From a virus, in the IMG/VR virus record IMGVR_UViG_3300044712_002679, positions 180,406-244,405 of that record: 64,000 nucleotides of DNA; one strand, written 5' to 3'. The position numbers and the translations under genes are program-made. Positions 25,232 through 34,489 of the stretch are shown here, one piece after another (the stretch's first letter is position 1; every line of letters starts with the position of its first letter). The notes under the pieces are model-generated. The model saw nothing but the letters and a program-made list of their open reading frames with translations. It did no database searches and was not told the DNA's origin.

Positions 25232-26077
25232 ATGGACAAAATTTTAAAACAATTTGGAAAAGATAAACTTATAGAAGCAGTAAACGAATCTAATTCTTTT
25301 GTTGAAGCAACATCTTTTTTAGGATTAGATGCAAAAAATACTAACATTAAAAAGAATGTGGAAAGATCAATTAAAAGATTAGGATTATCCACAGAACACT
25401 TTGAAAGTGTCAAACGAGTAAAAGATGCTAAAACTAGATACACAAAAGAAAAATTAGAATCGCTTGTTATAAAATGTAAAAATTATAAAGAAATTTTAAT
25501 TGAATTGGATGTTTTACCTATTGATAATAATTATAAAAAATTAAAATCTGAATTATATCGTTATAAAATTGATTTTTCACATTTAAAAAATCAAAAAATA
25601 TCAACAATTAAAGTAAATTGGGCAAAAGAAGTTTTGGAACCAATATTTAAAAAATCATTATCCCAAAAAGAAGTTTTAGAAAAATTAGGATTAAGATCTG
25701 CTGGTGGTAATTTTAATACTTTACGAAAATATATAAAATTATATAATTTAGATAGTTCTCATTTTATTAAAAATTATGATTCTATGTGCAATGTTAGTAA
25801 AAATAAAAAAATTCCTTTAGATCAAATTTTAGTTGAAAATTCGACATATGATAGAACACATCTTAAAGATAGATTATATAAAGAAGGATTAAAAGAAAGA
25901 AAATGTGAAATGTGTGAACAAGATGAAAATTGGCATGGTAAACGTATGAGTTTGATTATTGATCACATAAATGGTATTCATAATGACAATAGATTAGAAA
26001 ATTTAAGAATTATTTGTCCTAATTGTAATGCAACATTAGACACACATTGTGGAAAAAATAATAAAAAAGCCAGATAA
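25232..26077 (+). CDS. HNH homing endonuclease, paralog of 7789-8494
   Basis: CEMCEQDENWHGKRMSLIIDHINGIHNDNRLENLRIICPNCNATLDTHCGKN. Shares ILVENSTY..LK.RLYKEGLKERKCE with the paralog. Immediately downstream of the tRNA-Gln genes. Confidence 0.7.
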   Translation: MDKILKQFGKDKLIEAVNESNSFVEATSFLGLDAKNTNIKKNVERSIKRLGLSTEHFESVKRVKDAKTRYTKEKLESLVIKCKNYKEILIELDVLPIDNNYKKLKSELYRYKIDFSHLKNQKISTIKVNWAKEVLEPIFKKSLSQKEVLEKLGLRSAGGNFNTLRKYIKLYNLDSSHFIKNYDSMCNVSKNKKIPLDQILVENSTYDRTHLKDRLYKEGLKERKCEMCEQDENWHGKRMSLIIDHINGIHNDNRLENLRIICPNCNATLDTHCGKNNKKAR

Positions 26078-26089
26078 CCTGGCTTTTTT
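26063..26089. terminator. Rho-independent terminator-like hairpin
   Basis: aaaaaagccagataacctggctttttt. Confidence 0.6.
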
Positions 26090-26158
26090 ATTATTTTTTG
26101 ATAAATTTAGTTATTAAAAATTTATCGTCAGTTCAATTTTATGTTTATAAATTTCCCT

Positions 26159-26449
26159 TTATTTAAAATCTGGTTCATAACCTTTAATTATAGGCTTTTG
26201 TGTTTTTGTGTGAACTTCATGACCGCATAATGTACATTTTTTTGTCCACCTATCAACTTGAACATCACGATAACCAGCATAATCCCACCAAGGATCAGAA
26301 CCACTTCCTACTTGAACACTACCATAACCTTCTTTAACTGTTTCAGGATTAAAATATGGTTCACCATAAGTATGTTTGCAATTTGCAATTTTATACTTTT
26401 CTGCTTCAATTTGATTTTGAAGTTCTTTTATTTTATCGCTTGAATTCAT
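26159..26449 (-). CDS. Hypothetical Zn-ribbon-like protein
   Basis: 96 aa with CKH...CTLCGH. Confidence 0.4.
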   Translation of the reverse strand: MNSSDKIKELQNQIEAEKYKIANCKHTYGEPYFNPETVKEGYGSVQVGSGSDPWWDYAGYRDVQVDRWTKKCTLCGHEVHTKTQKPIIKGYEPDFK

Positions 26450-26453
26450 ATTT

Positions 26454-26672
26454 TTATATTAAAACCATTGTGTGACCATTTGTATTCCATTCTTCATTTG
26501 GGTTTATTTGAATACAATTAATATTACTCTTAAAAAAATCATACCCAAAATATGAATATACTTCACATTCACCATCATTTTTCACATTTTGTATTGTACA
26601 TATGTTACCAACCCAATCTCTATCACCTGAAGTAATTTTTACTTTAATTCCTTCAAAATCTTTTATTTCCAT
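26454..26672 (-). CDS. Hypothetical protein
   Basis: 72 aa. A 41-aa upstream ORF (26655-26777) lies between it and the promoter. Confidence 0.4.
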   Translation of the reverse strand: MEIKDFEGIKVKITSGDRDWVGNICTIQNVKNDGECEVYSYFGYDFFKSNINCIQINPNEEWNTNGHTMVLI

Positions 26673-26784
26673 AAATCTAAATTTGGTTGAAGACTAGTTG
26701 AAAGATTGATACCAAGATTGATACCTGTTAGGGACATTTCATTTAACATTTCATCAGTTAATTCTACAGTATTCATTTTTTATA

Positions 26785-26822
26785 GTTTTAATGATTAACG
26801 ATACAAAGATACAAAAATTTTT
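26785..26822 (-). promoter_or_regulatory. Conserved promoter box (minus strand reads TTTTTGTATCTTTGTATCGTTAATCAT)
   Basis: Member of a promoter family of at least 8 copies containing TATCTTTG (TAnnTTTG). Confidence 0.45.
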
Positions 26823-26834
26823 TGAATTAAAAAA

Positions 26835-27410
26835 CTAAATCGTTTTCATTTTCATATATTGCCTAACATATTCAACACTTTTATTTAAAAATGGTGTCAA
26901 ATCAACAATATGATGTTCTGTATTACTATACATTTCCGATTCTGAAAATTCTGCAACTATATTGTTAGCAGAATAAAATATAATACTAGGTTCAATATCT
27001 TTTAAATTTGGTCTTAATTGTGTGAGTATTTTTGCTTTTGTTACCAGTTCAGAAAATACAGAAGATAATACATCACTATTAATTTGGTCAGAATTAGAAA
27101 AACTGGTAGTTACATTTTCATTTTTAGTTGATCTATTTTTTACATTTTCATGTATATATTCTATAACATACCAAAGTGATTTACCATAACTTGGTGAATT
27201 CATTCTGAACATCTTAGTTGTATTTTTTTCATTGATATCATTGATTGGTAAATCAATCCACAATCTAAAAGATTCTTCGTGTGTATCGTTTTCGATGATA
27301 ACTATATGACCCCTGAATAATACTTCCGAAAATGTTTCACTATCGTTGATAAACCGACTAGCAACATAATCTCTTAGTTCAATCCAATCATTCGAATTAA
27401 TTTCTTTCAT
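26835..27410 (-). CDS. Hypothetical protein
   Basis: 191-aa ORF. Confidence 0.5.
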   Translation of the reverse strand: MKEINSNDWIELRDYVASRFINDSETFSEVLFRGHIVIIENDTHEESFRLWIDLPINDINEKNTTKMFRMNSPSYGKSLWYVIEYIHENVKNRSTKNENVTTSFSNSDQINSDVLSSVFSELVTKAKILTQLRPNLKDIEPSIIFYSANNIVAEFSESEMYSNTEHHIVDLTPFLNKSVEYVRQYMKMKTI

Positions 27411-27411
27411 A

Positions 27412-27452
27412 ATATTTTGTAATGATTAACGACAAAGATACAAAATTTTTTG
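27412..27452 (-). promoter_or_regulatory. Conserved promoter box (minus strand AAATTTTGTATCTTTGTCGTTAATCATTAC) directly upstream of the 27410 start
   Basis: Same family. Confidence 0.45.
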
Positions 27453-27478
27453 GATAAAAAAAATAATATATAAACAAT

Positions 27479-28084
27479 ATGAAAACAAAATTTGCAGAAT
27501 TTATAATTGAATCAAAAACGTATAATTTATATAAAGGGGTCACTAGATTGGACGAAATATTAAAAAGTGGTAAACTTAAATATGATAATAATTGGGAAAC
27601 AACTATAAGACAAAATATGGGTATAATGGGTATTGGAATATCAGCTACTCGTGTTTTTTCAACAGCATTAAAATATGGTGAAGCAATTATAGAATTTGAT
27701 ATCGAAAAATTGAGTGCCAAATATAGAATTATACCATTTTCGGAAAATCCAGATTATTTTATTTGGTATAAAAAACATTTTTCACCACCAGACAGTTATA
27801 ATTATGTAAAAACTGGAATTAGTGATAATCAATATAATGATATTTTTTGGGATTATAAAACAAATAAATATGATCCGGATTTTAATATTGCAGAAGAAAT
27901 TATTTTAACAAAAGAAATACCTATAAAATATTTCAAAAAGGTGTATCTCAACACAGATAATATACTATTACTTAAATTATTAAAATCTAAAAATATTCCA
28001 TATGAAATTGTTGATAATGAACATTTATCTGAAATAAGACATAAAAATAAGAAGAAAAATAAAAAAAATTTATTAGATTTTTGA
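27479..28084 (+). CDS. Hypothetical protein
   Basis: 201-aa ORF. Confidence 0.5.
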   Translation: MKTKFAEFIIESKTYNLYKGVTRLDEILKSGKLKYDNNWETTIRQNMGIMGIGISATRVFSTALKYGEAIIEFDIEKLSAKYRIIPFSENPDYFIWYKKHFSPPDSYNYVKTGISDNQYNDIFWDYKTNKYDPDFNIAEEIILTKEIPIKYFKKVYLNTDNILLLKLLKSKNIPYEIVDNEHLSEIRHKNKKKNKKNLLDF

Positions 28085-28270
28085 TATTTTTTGAATTTTG
28101 TTATCATCAAATCTAATTTCTAAATTTTTTGAAAAAATAGAATCAACTTTATTATCATACATTACAACATAATCATTATCTGATGGTAACCAACCATTCA
28201 ATTCCTTATTTAGTCTACAAACCTTTTTTAGTTTTAGTTGTAATATATCATTTAATTCGCTAAATTTCAT
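28073..28270 (-). CDS. Small hypothetical protein
   Basis: 65-aa ORF. Confidence 0.3.
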   Translation of the reverse strand: MKFSELNDILQLKLKKVCRLNKELNGWLPSDNDYVVMYDNKVDSIFSKNLEIRFDDNKIQKISKI

Positions 28271-28283
28271 TATTTTAAATATT

Positions 28284-28308
28284 AAAAAAGGGGATTAAAT
28301 CCCCTTTG
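28284..28308. terminator. Rho-independent terminator-like hairpin overlapping the stop codon of 28295-28843
   Basis: aaaaaaggggattaaatcccctttg. Confidence 0.5.
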
Positions 28309-28843
28309 CCATTTTATTTTTGATTTCATTTATTTTCAATTGGGCATCTTCTTTATTTTCAAAATAATTTCCTGTTGCTTTACGATAATGATAAGCAAAT
28401 TCATTTATGTGTGTTTCGGTTGTTACCATATGTTGAATGATGCCCTTTGAACTGATAAAGAAGTATATTTTACCATCATAAATATCTTTATCGGTTACTG
28501 TATAACTTACTTTATTGATTTCAATTGTATATTTTGCTCTTGTTTCGGTAACTGATTGTGCAGTTAAAACTGTTGCAGGAACTTTTACTGACAATCCACG
28601 ATGTTTTACTGACAATCCACGATGAGATTTTGCAAATTTTTCAGTAATATAAACCACATCCCCTGGTTTGAAATATGTTTCATATTCAACTTTGAAGAAA
28701 TCTGGTTCTTTTTCAGGATTATAAATACAAACTTGACCACCATCAAATACCCATTGTCCATTAATGAATTTAACACCGGTTCCAATTTTAATTCCACCAG
28801 GAAGAATTTTTGTAGTTACATAATAAGTTGCTTTCATATTCAT
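28295..28843 (-). CDS. Hypothetical protein with an in-frame 21-nt tandem duplication (HRGLSVK x2)
   Basis: 182 aa. DNA repeat at 28591-28632. Confidence 0.5.
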   Translation of the reverse strand: MNMKATYYVTTKILPGGIKIGTGVKFINGQWVFDGGQVCIYNPEKEPDFFKVEYETYFKPGDVVYITEKFAKSHRGLSVKHRGLSVKVPATVLTAQSVTETRAKYTIEINKVSYTVTDKDIYDGKIYFFISSKGIIQHMVTTETHINEFAYHYRKATGNYFENKEDAQLKINEIKNKMAKGI

Positions 28844-28882
28844 TTGTTGTTTTAAATTCGATACAAAGATACGAATTATTTT
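28844..28882 (-). promoter_or_regulatory. Conserved promoter box (minus strand AATTCGTATCTTTGTATCGAATTTAAAACAACAA) upstream of the 28843 start
   Basis: Same family. Confidence 0.45.
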
Positions 28883-28967
28883 TTAAATGAACAAACTTTA
28901 TTTGTGATATTCTTCTTTATATTTCATATTGGTTTCCAATCGGGTCTAAAACATGAAATTAGTTTTT

Positions 28968-29004
28968 AAAAAAAGTGGGTCTAATAATTAGACCCACTTT
29001 TTTT
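28968..29004. terminator. Rho-independent terminator-like hairpin
   Basis: aaaaaaagtgggtctaataattagacccacttttttt. Confidence 0.6.
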
Positions 29005-29211
29005 CACTTTATAATATTGTTTTTTCATATTAATTAATGCATTTAATATTTTTCCAACAACTTCAACCACTTCGTTATCATCAGTGACTTCAACCACTTC
29101 GTTATCATCAGTGACTTTCAAATCACCCAATTCTAACTCTAACGCATTAATCATATCTTCTAAAGATATATATGGTTTATTATTACTACCAGTTATTGTT
29201 TCAATTAACAT
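28981..29211 (-). CDS. Small protein with a TDDNEVVEV tandem repeat
   Basis: 76 aa. The start overlaps the terminator hairpin. Confidence 0.3.
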   Translation of the reverse strand: MLIETITGSNNKPYISLEDMINALELELGDLKVTDDNEVVEVTDDNEVVEVVGKILNALINMKKQYYKVKKSGSNY

Positions 29212-29329
29212 ACTTTTAATTTTTATTGTTTATATTTAAGCAATATACTAATTATTTTTTATTTAAGCAATATACTAATTATTTTTTTATGATTAAATAA
29301 TTAATTTCAAATATGATATAAAATTACAT

Positions 29330-29779
29330 TTAATCATTTTTATTCCTTATTTCTTTTAGTTCATACAATTTTAACATTCGTATTAATTGAAGGGAATTTT
29401 TATATTTTGCGTTACTTTTTGGTATATTTTGATTTATATACAAAGTAGAATCTGAAAAATATTGAATAGAATCACAAACAATTTTTATTTTTTTTCCACA
29501 CAGTTTTGGTTGTTCACCAAATTTGCCAAAAAAATTATCAATTGGTGTAGAAAATTTACAATTCTTGTATAACATAATATTGTTTGATTTGTGTTTCATT
29601 TGCCAAACAATATCTAATCTATATTTATTTTTTTCACAATCTTCGATTTTTTCAAGAATCTGATTAAGAATAATATCATCTGTAATAACTAACTCAAAGC
29701 TTTTATCGGCTCGATTAATCATTTTTACGTTATTTTTATCTTTCTTATAAAATATTAAGAATTTTTTCATATTTTGCAC
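29330..29779 (-). CDS. Hypothetical protein
   Basis: 149-aa ORF. Confidence 0.45.
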   Translation of the reverse strand: MQNMKKFLIFYKKDKNNVKMINRADKSFELVITDDIILNQILEKIEDCEKNKYRLDIVWQMKHKSNNIMLYKNCKFSTPIDNFFGKFGEQPKLCGKKIKIVCDSIQYFSDSTLYINQNIPKSNAKYKNSLQLIRMLKLYELKEIRNKND

Positions 29780-29822
29780 AATAAAATAAAACTATTTTGC
29801 ACAATAAAACTATTTTGCACAT
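29762..29822. promoter_or_regulatory. Three direct repeats (TTTTGCACAATAAAA core, about 19-bp period) in the divergent intergenic region. Operator-like
   Basis: gcacaataaaataaaactattttgcacaataaaactattttgcaca. Confidence 0.45.
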
Positions 29823-29883
29823 TCAACAAAAGTAAAAAATAAATTTCAAACAAAAAAATAATTGTAAAAAATATATATAGATT

Positions 29884-30630
29884 ATGATTACTAATTTTAA
29901 AAATTTTAAGAATAAAAAAGAATATATTTTATTAGTCGGACCACCTGGTAGTGGAAAATCGACATATATATCTAAATTACAAAGGTTTGGAAAAAAATAT
30001 GACATTATAAATCGTGATGATATTGTTATTGATATTGCTGAAAAAAATGGACTTACATATAAAGAAATGTTTAGTAGACCAAATAATATTTTTTTAAAAA
30101 ATGGTAAACATTTTATTCCAAATTCTTCTGATTTTTATGTTGAAAATGGTAAGAAATATTTAAAAAACTTTGAATATTTGGGTGATATAATTGAAGTTAC
30201 TGATGGTGAATATAAAAGTAGAATATCACCTGAAATATTTACAAAATTATCAGAATTAAATAATGTAGTTGAAGATACGCTTAATAAAAATATAGAACAT
30301 GCAATAAGGAAAAAACACAATATTATTATTGATATGACTAATAATAATAGGTATTATAGACAATTTTTCATTAATAAATTAAAAACACATAAACAATATT
30401 ATAAAATTATTGCTGTGATATTTAATGATGGTGGTAAAGGAATGGAAGATGTCTTAATAAATGTTAACAAAAGAAGAGATTTAGAATTAGCAAAAAGTGG
30501 AAGAAATAAAGCAATACCTGAAGATATTATTAGAAAATTTATTAGCAGTTATGAACCACCAACAAAATCAGAAGGAATTGACAAAATTATACATATTGAT
30601 ACTAAGAAAAAATTGGAAAAAATAATCTAA
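29884..30630 (+). CDS. Polynucleotide 5'-kinase (T4 Pnk kinase-domain-like, P-loop)
   Basis: Walker A LVGPPGSGKST, DMTNNNRYYRQ and RNKAIPEDIIRKF parallel T4 Pnk (GCPGSGKST, SDTNLNPERR, GTKAVPIDVLRSM). No HAD phosphatase domain. Confidence 0.6.
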   Translation: MITNFKNFKNKKEYILLVGPPGSGKSTYISKLQRFGKKYDIINRDDIVIDIAEKNGLTYKEMFSRPNNIFLKNGKHFIPNSSDFYVENGKKYLKNFEYLGDIIEVTDGEYKSRISPEIFTKLSELNNVVEDTLNKNIEHAIRKKHNIIIDMTNNNRYYRQFFINKLKTHKQYYKIIAVIFNDGGKGMEDVLINVNKRRDLELAKSGRNKAIPEDIIRKFISSYEPPTKSEGIDKIIHIDTKKKLEKII

Positions 30631-30674
30631 ACAATATTCGATTCTTAATCTATAATAAGAAAAAAATATGATAA

Positions 30675-31862
30675 ATGGTTTCAAAAACTGCTGAAGATTT
30701 TATTTTACAATTTGTAAGTAGAGATTTTCAATATTTAACACAACAATCAAAAATTTCATATAAACGAATCAACTTAAAATGTTCTTATTTGATCAACATT
30801 ATACACGAATTACTGATCAAATATTATTTTAGTAACAATATTGATACTAAATTTAATTTATCTTCAATTATCCTTAAAAAGAAATATGGTGAATTTTATA
30901 ATTATTATATAGAATATCTATGTGATAATGGTTTTATGAGCTTGGTATCGAATTATTATGTTGGTAAAAAAACAAAATCATATAAATTAGACACAAAATA
31001 TGTCTATGATACAATACGATATAAAAATACAGATAAATTCATTTTAAAAAAATCAAAAAATAGATATGAAACTACGATTTCTGAAATGAATCAAAGTTCA
31101 ATTTTGCCTGGTGTTCGAACAAAATTAATTCAATCATTGGATAGCATTAAAATTGATTATGATGGTGCTAATAAATTTCTTAATGAATTGATGGATAATA
31201 ATATTATAGATGATTCAAAATATAAACGAAACCAAATATCAATAGAAAATATAAGGGATGGTAACATATATTTTAACTTTGATGATTATGGTAGATTTCA
31301 TACAAATTTTACAATTTTAAGAAAAGAAATCCGTAATCAATTTTTATCAATAAACAATGAAATGTTAGCAGAAGTTGACATTAAGAATTCTCAACCATTG
31401 TTTTTTGGTGTTTTGCTAAAAAATGCATTACCACATATAAATGGGGACACTGAACGATATTTTGATTTAATAGTATCTGGTTTATTATATGAAGATATTG
31501 TGGAAAAATCAACAATTTCAAGTAGGAAGGATGCAAAAATGCTAATGTATAAAATATTATTTGGTGATAACATTAATGATAATAAGAAATTAAATAAAGT
31601 TTTCAAAAAGTTATATCCTTCTGTACACGAATATATTTTAGAATTTAAGGAAGAAAAAAAGAATTATAAAGAATTAGCATACAAATTACAGAAAATGGAA
31701 AGTAATTTCTTGTTTAATACTGTAATAAAAGAAATTTATCAAACTTATCCTGAAATTGTATTGTTTACTGTTCATGATTCGATAATGTTTCCAAAATCAT
31801 ATCAAGAAAGAGTTGAAGCGATATTTTATAAGCATTTTAAAAAACTAATCAGTGTGTTTTAG
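30675..31862 (+). CDS. Hypothetical protein
   Basis: 395-aa ORF. No ligase KxDG motif found. Confidence 0.5.
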   Translation: MVSKTAEDFILQFVSRDFQYLTQQSKISYKRINLKCSYLINIIHELLIKYYFSNNIDTKFNLSSIILKKKYGEFYNYYIEYLCDNGFMSLVSNYYVGKKTKSYKLDTKYVYDTIRYKNTDKFILKKSKNRYETTISEMNQSSILPGVRTKLIQSLDSIKIDYDGANKFLNELMDNNIIDDSKYKRNQISIENIRDGNIYFNFDDYGRFHTNFTILRKEIRNQFLSINNEMLAEVDIKNSQPLFFGVLLKNALPHINGDTERYFDLIVSGLLYEDIVEKSTISSRKDAKMLMYKILFGDNINDNKKLNKVFKKLYPSVHEYILEFKEEKKNYKELAYKLQKMESNFLFNTVIKEIYQTYPEIVLFTVHDSIMFPKSYQERVEAIFYKHFKKLISVF

Positions 31863-31890
31863 ATTACCATTTATCATTAATTTTCGGAAA

Positions 31891-32241
31891 TTATTTATAT
31901 ATTTTCCAAATCATTATGTAAGGCATATCTTTTTCGGATTCACTTTTTGTTTTTAATGATTCTAAAGCAAGTACAGGACTTTCAGTTCCAGAAGCAAACT
32001 TTCCTTTCCCTTGAAATAGTGGCATCATAGCAGCTTCATAATACTTCAAACAAGAAGGATGTATTTGTGCAATTTTTGATGCTTTCGTATAGGTTAATTT
32101 TTCAATTTCCCCTTTGTAATAAGGTTCACCTTCAATTTGATAGTAAGCCTGTTCTAATTCTCCTTCTGATTCAAAGAAAGCAATTGCATAATGCCAAATT
32201 GTTTTAAACTTTACCACAATTTTAATATTTTGAAAGTTCAT
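31891..32241 (-). CDS. Hypothetical protein (start uncertain)
   Basis: ORF 31891-32331 trimmed to an internal Met to limit overlap with 32222-32464. Confidence 0.35.
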   Translation of the reverse strand: MNFQNIKIVVKFKTIWHYAIAFFESEGELEQAYYQIEGEPYYKGEIEKLTYTKASKIAQIHPSCLKYYEAAMMPLFQGKGKFASGTESPVLALESLKTKSESEKDMPYIMIWKIYK

Positions 32242-32464
32242 CAAAATCAAATATTCTACCATTCCAACTGTGCAAATCATCAATTCGATTGTCAGTTTTA
32301 TCAGCAACAAAATAGATTGTAGGGGTTTCACCTATATCATTTTTTAATTCTTCAATCGTATTGTATTGCCGTGAATGTGAACCCAATATTCTGTCTAACA
32401 GTATAACCATTGGGGTTTCACCAATTCCAAGATAATATGTTACCGAAAATTTAATTGTTTCCAT
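32222..32464 (-). CDS. Hypothetical protein
   Basis: 80-aa ORF. Confidence 0.35.
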   Translation of the reverse strand: METIKFSVTYYLGIGETPMVILLDRILGSHSRQYNTIEELKNDIGETPTIYFVADKTDNRIDDLHSWNGRIFDFDELSKY

Positions 32465-32776
32465 TTATTTATATTTAATGGTGTTAAGTGAAGATTCAGA
32501 CCATGCGATAAAATAATTACTTTTTTCGATGTTTTTGACAACATTCATAAAGTTATCATCATCCGGAATAGTCACAAAATCTTCTTTAATTGAATTATTA
32601 TCAGGTGAATATTTTTTTAATTCTTCTGAATATGTAATTTTTTGAAGATTGTATGTGTCAAGGATATCATCAATTGACATATTTGGATTTTCACTTTGTA
32701 TTTTTTCGTATGATGGTTCAATTGGTTTTGAATTACATCTTGTGAAATAGAGTACTATATCAAAATTTCCGTTCAT
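32465..32776 (-). CDS. Hypothetical protein
   Basis: 103-aa ORF. Confidence 0.45.
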   Translation of the reverse strand: MNGNFDIVLYFTRCNSKPIEPSYEKIQSENPNMSIDDILDTYNLQKITYSEELKKYSPDNNSIKEDFVTIPDDDNFMNVVKNIEKSNYFIAWSESSLNTIKYK

Positions 32777-32777
32777 A

Positions 32778-32818
32778 ATTGTTGTTTAAATGATAGGTCA
32801 AAGATACAAAAAAATAAT
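32778..32818 (-). promoter_or_regulatory. Conserved promoter box (minus strand TTTTTGTATCTTTGACCTATCATTTAAACAACAAT) upstream of the 32776 start
   Basis: Same family. Confidence 0.45.
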
Positions 32819-32994
32819 GATTAATCCAAATTAAATGATAGCTAATTCAACATCAGATTCAGTTAATTTAGTTGAATATTCATCGTGATTTAAATTGATA
32901 TTCATCCCATTTTCGATTTTATCAATCATTCGTTCACCTTTAGAAGTCACATCTAATCTTTTTACAACTTCGTTGGTTTTATCTTTTATGATTT

Positions 32995-33378
32995 CTAAAT
33001 ATTTGTACATATTTTTTCGTTTTTCTTTAATGTCTTATTAATTTTGATATTTGCAATTTGCATTTCTTCAACAATTTTTCTCAACTTATGATATAATTCT
33101 TTAGCATCATAATTTTGATCAAATTCAATTGCCTTTAAAATTAAATTTAAATCGCTGAATGATAAATCCCAATTGTATGCATAGTCAGGTGAATCACTTG
33201 TTTTTTCCCAATCCCGTCTATTTTTCATTCCATACAAAAATGCACCATATCCTGGAATTGTTGTAGATTTAACTTTTGAATCATAGTGGTGTGCAGCATC
33301 ATTGTAGATGATATTGAATTCTTCTTCTGTAAATTCAACATTTAATTTTAATTCGGCACAAAAACAATATTTATTCAT
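32995..33378 (-). CDS. Hypothetical protein
   Basis: 127-aa ORF. Confidence 0.45.
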   Translation of the reverse strand: MNKYCFCAELKLNVEFTEEEFNIIYNDAAHHYDSKVKSTTIPGYGAFLYGMKNRRDWEKTSDSPDYAYNWDLSFSDLNLILKAIEFDQNYDAKELYHKLRKIVEEMQIANIKINKTLKKNEKICTNI

Positions 33379-33406
33379 AGTTTTAATTTTTAATTAAATT
33401 TTTTAA

Positions 33407-33664
33407 TTAATTCATAAACATAGGTTTATACCAAGCCATAGGGATATTTTCTTCAATCCACTTTAACGCTATTGGCTTAATATGCATAAAAAGTAAGGAA
33501 TAAATTACATTAGGATATTCTGATGCTGGTCTATCAAAAGTAAAATTGTAGTCATCTAATATGTTATTTAATTCAGGAATAGCAATATCTATTACTATTT
33601 TTGCTTGTGATTCAAACATTCCGTTATTAACAAGCATAGTTTCTAATTTTTCCCTAGAAGTCAT
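33407..33664 (-). CDS. Hypothetical protein
   Basis: 85-aa ORF. Confidence 0.4.
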   Translation of the reverse strand: MTSREKLETMLVNNGMFESQAKIVIDIAIPELNNILDDYNFTFDRPASEYPNVIYSLLFMHIKPIALKWIEENIPMAWYKPMFMN

Positions 33665-33665
33665 A

Positions 33666-33718
33666 ATTGTGTTGTTTTAATGTTGTTTTAAATTATAGAA
33701 CAAAGATATGAATAATTA
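33666..33718 (-). promoter_or_regulatory. Conserved promoter box (minus strand ATTATTCATATCTTTGTTCTATAATTTAAAACAACA) upstream of the 33664 start
   Basis: Same family. Confidence 0.45.
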
Positions 33719-34111
33719 ACGATTAAACCAAATAATTTGATCAAAATCTTTGCGAACTTTACCACATTTTATGTCACTCGGAAATATATCAATGTCACTC
33801 ATTTTGCCATCTTTAATATAATTTCCGGAACCATCATAATCAATAAATCCACCACATTTGCAATTAGATACAAATTCTTTAAGTGTCATAATATCACCAA
33901 AATCTGGTAATTCTTGATATGTTGGGGTTTTTACCAAGCGATACAATCTTGATATGGTGCAAGATTTTTCTGATGCTTTTCGCATATATTCTTGAAATTC
34001 TTGATATGATAAATTAAGTGGTATATTTTTATACCATTCATCATATTCTTTATCGGCTAATTCAAGTGCGATTTTTAATTCTGCTTCAGTTTTTTTCGTA
34101 ATTTTAGCCAT
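33716..34111 (-). CDS. Hypothetical protein
   Basis: 131-aa ORF. Confidence 0.45.
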   Translation of the reverse strand: MAKITKKTEAELKIALELADKEYDEWYKNIPLNLSYQEFQEYMRKASEKSCTISRLYRLVKTPTYQELPDFGDIMTLKEFVSNCKCGGFIDYDGSGNYIKDGKMSDIDIFPSDIKCGKVRKDFDQIIWFNR

Positions 34112-34150
34112 ATTGTTGTTTTAAATGATGGTACAAAGATACGAATAATT
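34112..34150 (-). promoter_or_regulatory. Conserved promoter box (minus strand AATTATTCGTATCTTTGTACCATCATTTAAAACAACAAT then ATG)
   Basis: Same family. Directly abuts the ATG at 34111. Confidence 0.45.
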
Positions 34151-34171
34151 ATTTAATTTACAAAGATTTAT

Positions 34172-34489
34172 TTATAAAATATTATATTTTTTTGCATTTA
34201 TTTTTATATCAAACGGTTTCCAAAAATCAGATGAAACTATTATTTTTGTAGTTACACAATTACCATATGTTGATTTAATATCAATATCATAATCTTTAAA
34301 AGTTTCTAATATTTTTTTTAAATTTTCTTTATATATAACACGATATTTAAGATTAATACTAAATGAATCCACATATTCATCAACAATAGTAATTATCATA
34401 GCATCATCAAATATTTCATATAAATATGGTAAATATTTATCAGTATCTTTATCTCTTCTTTTAACTTCAAATGTTTTTACGTATTTCAT
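34172..34489 (-). CDS. Cassette-array member 6 (MKYVKTFEV ... INAKKYNIL)
   Basis: 105 aa with the conserved termini. Confidence 0.55.
   Translation of the reverse strand: MKYVKTFEVKRRDKDTDKYLPYLYEIFDDAMIITIVDEYVDSFSINLKYRVIYKENLKKILETFKDYDIDIKSTYGNCVTTKIIVSSDFWKPFDIKINAKKYNIL

Noticed and set aside
30675-31862. RNA ligase (Rnl1-like) partner for the Pnk-like kinase
   Set aside because: No KxDG nucleotidyltransferase motif or other ligase motifs were found, so it is left as hypothetical
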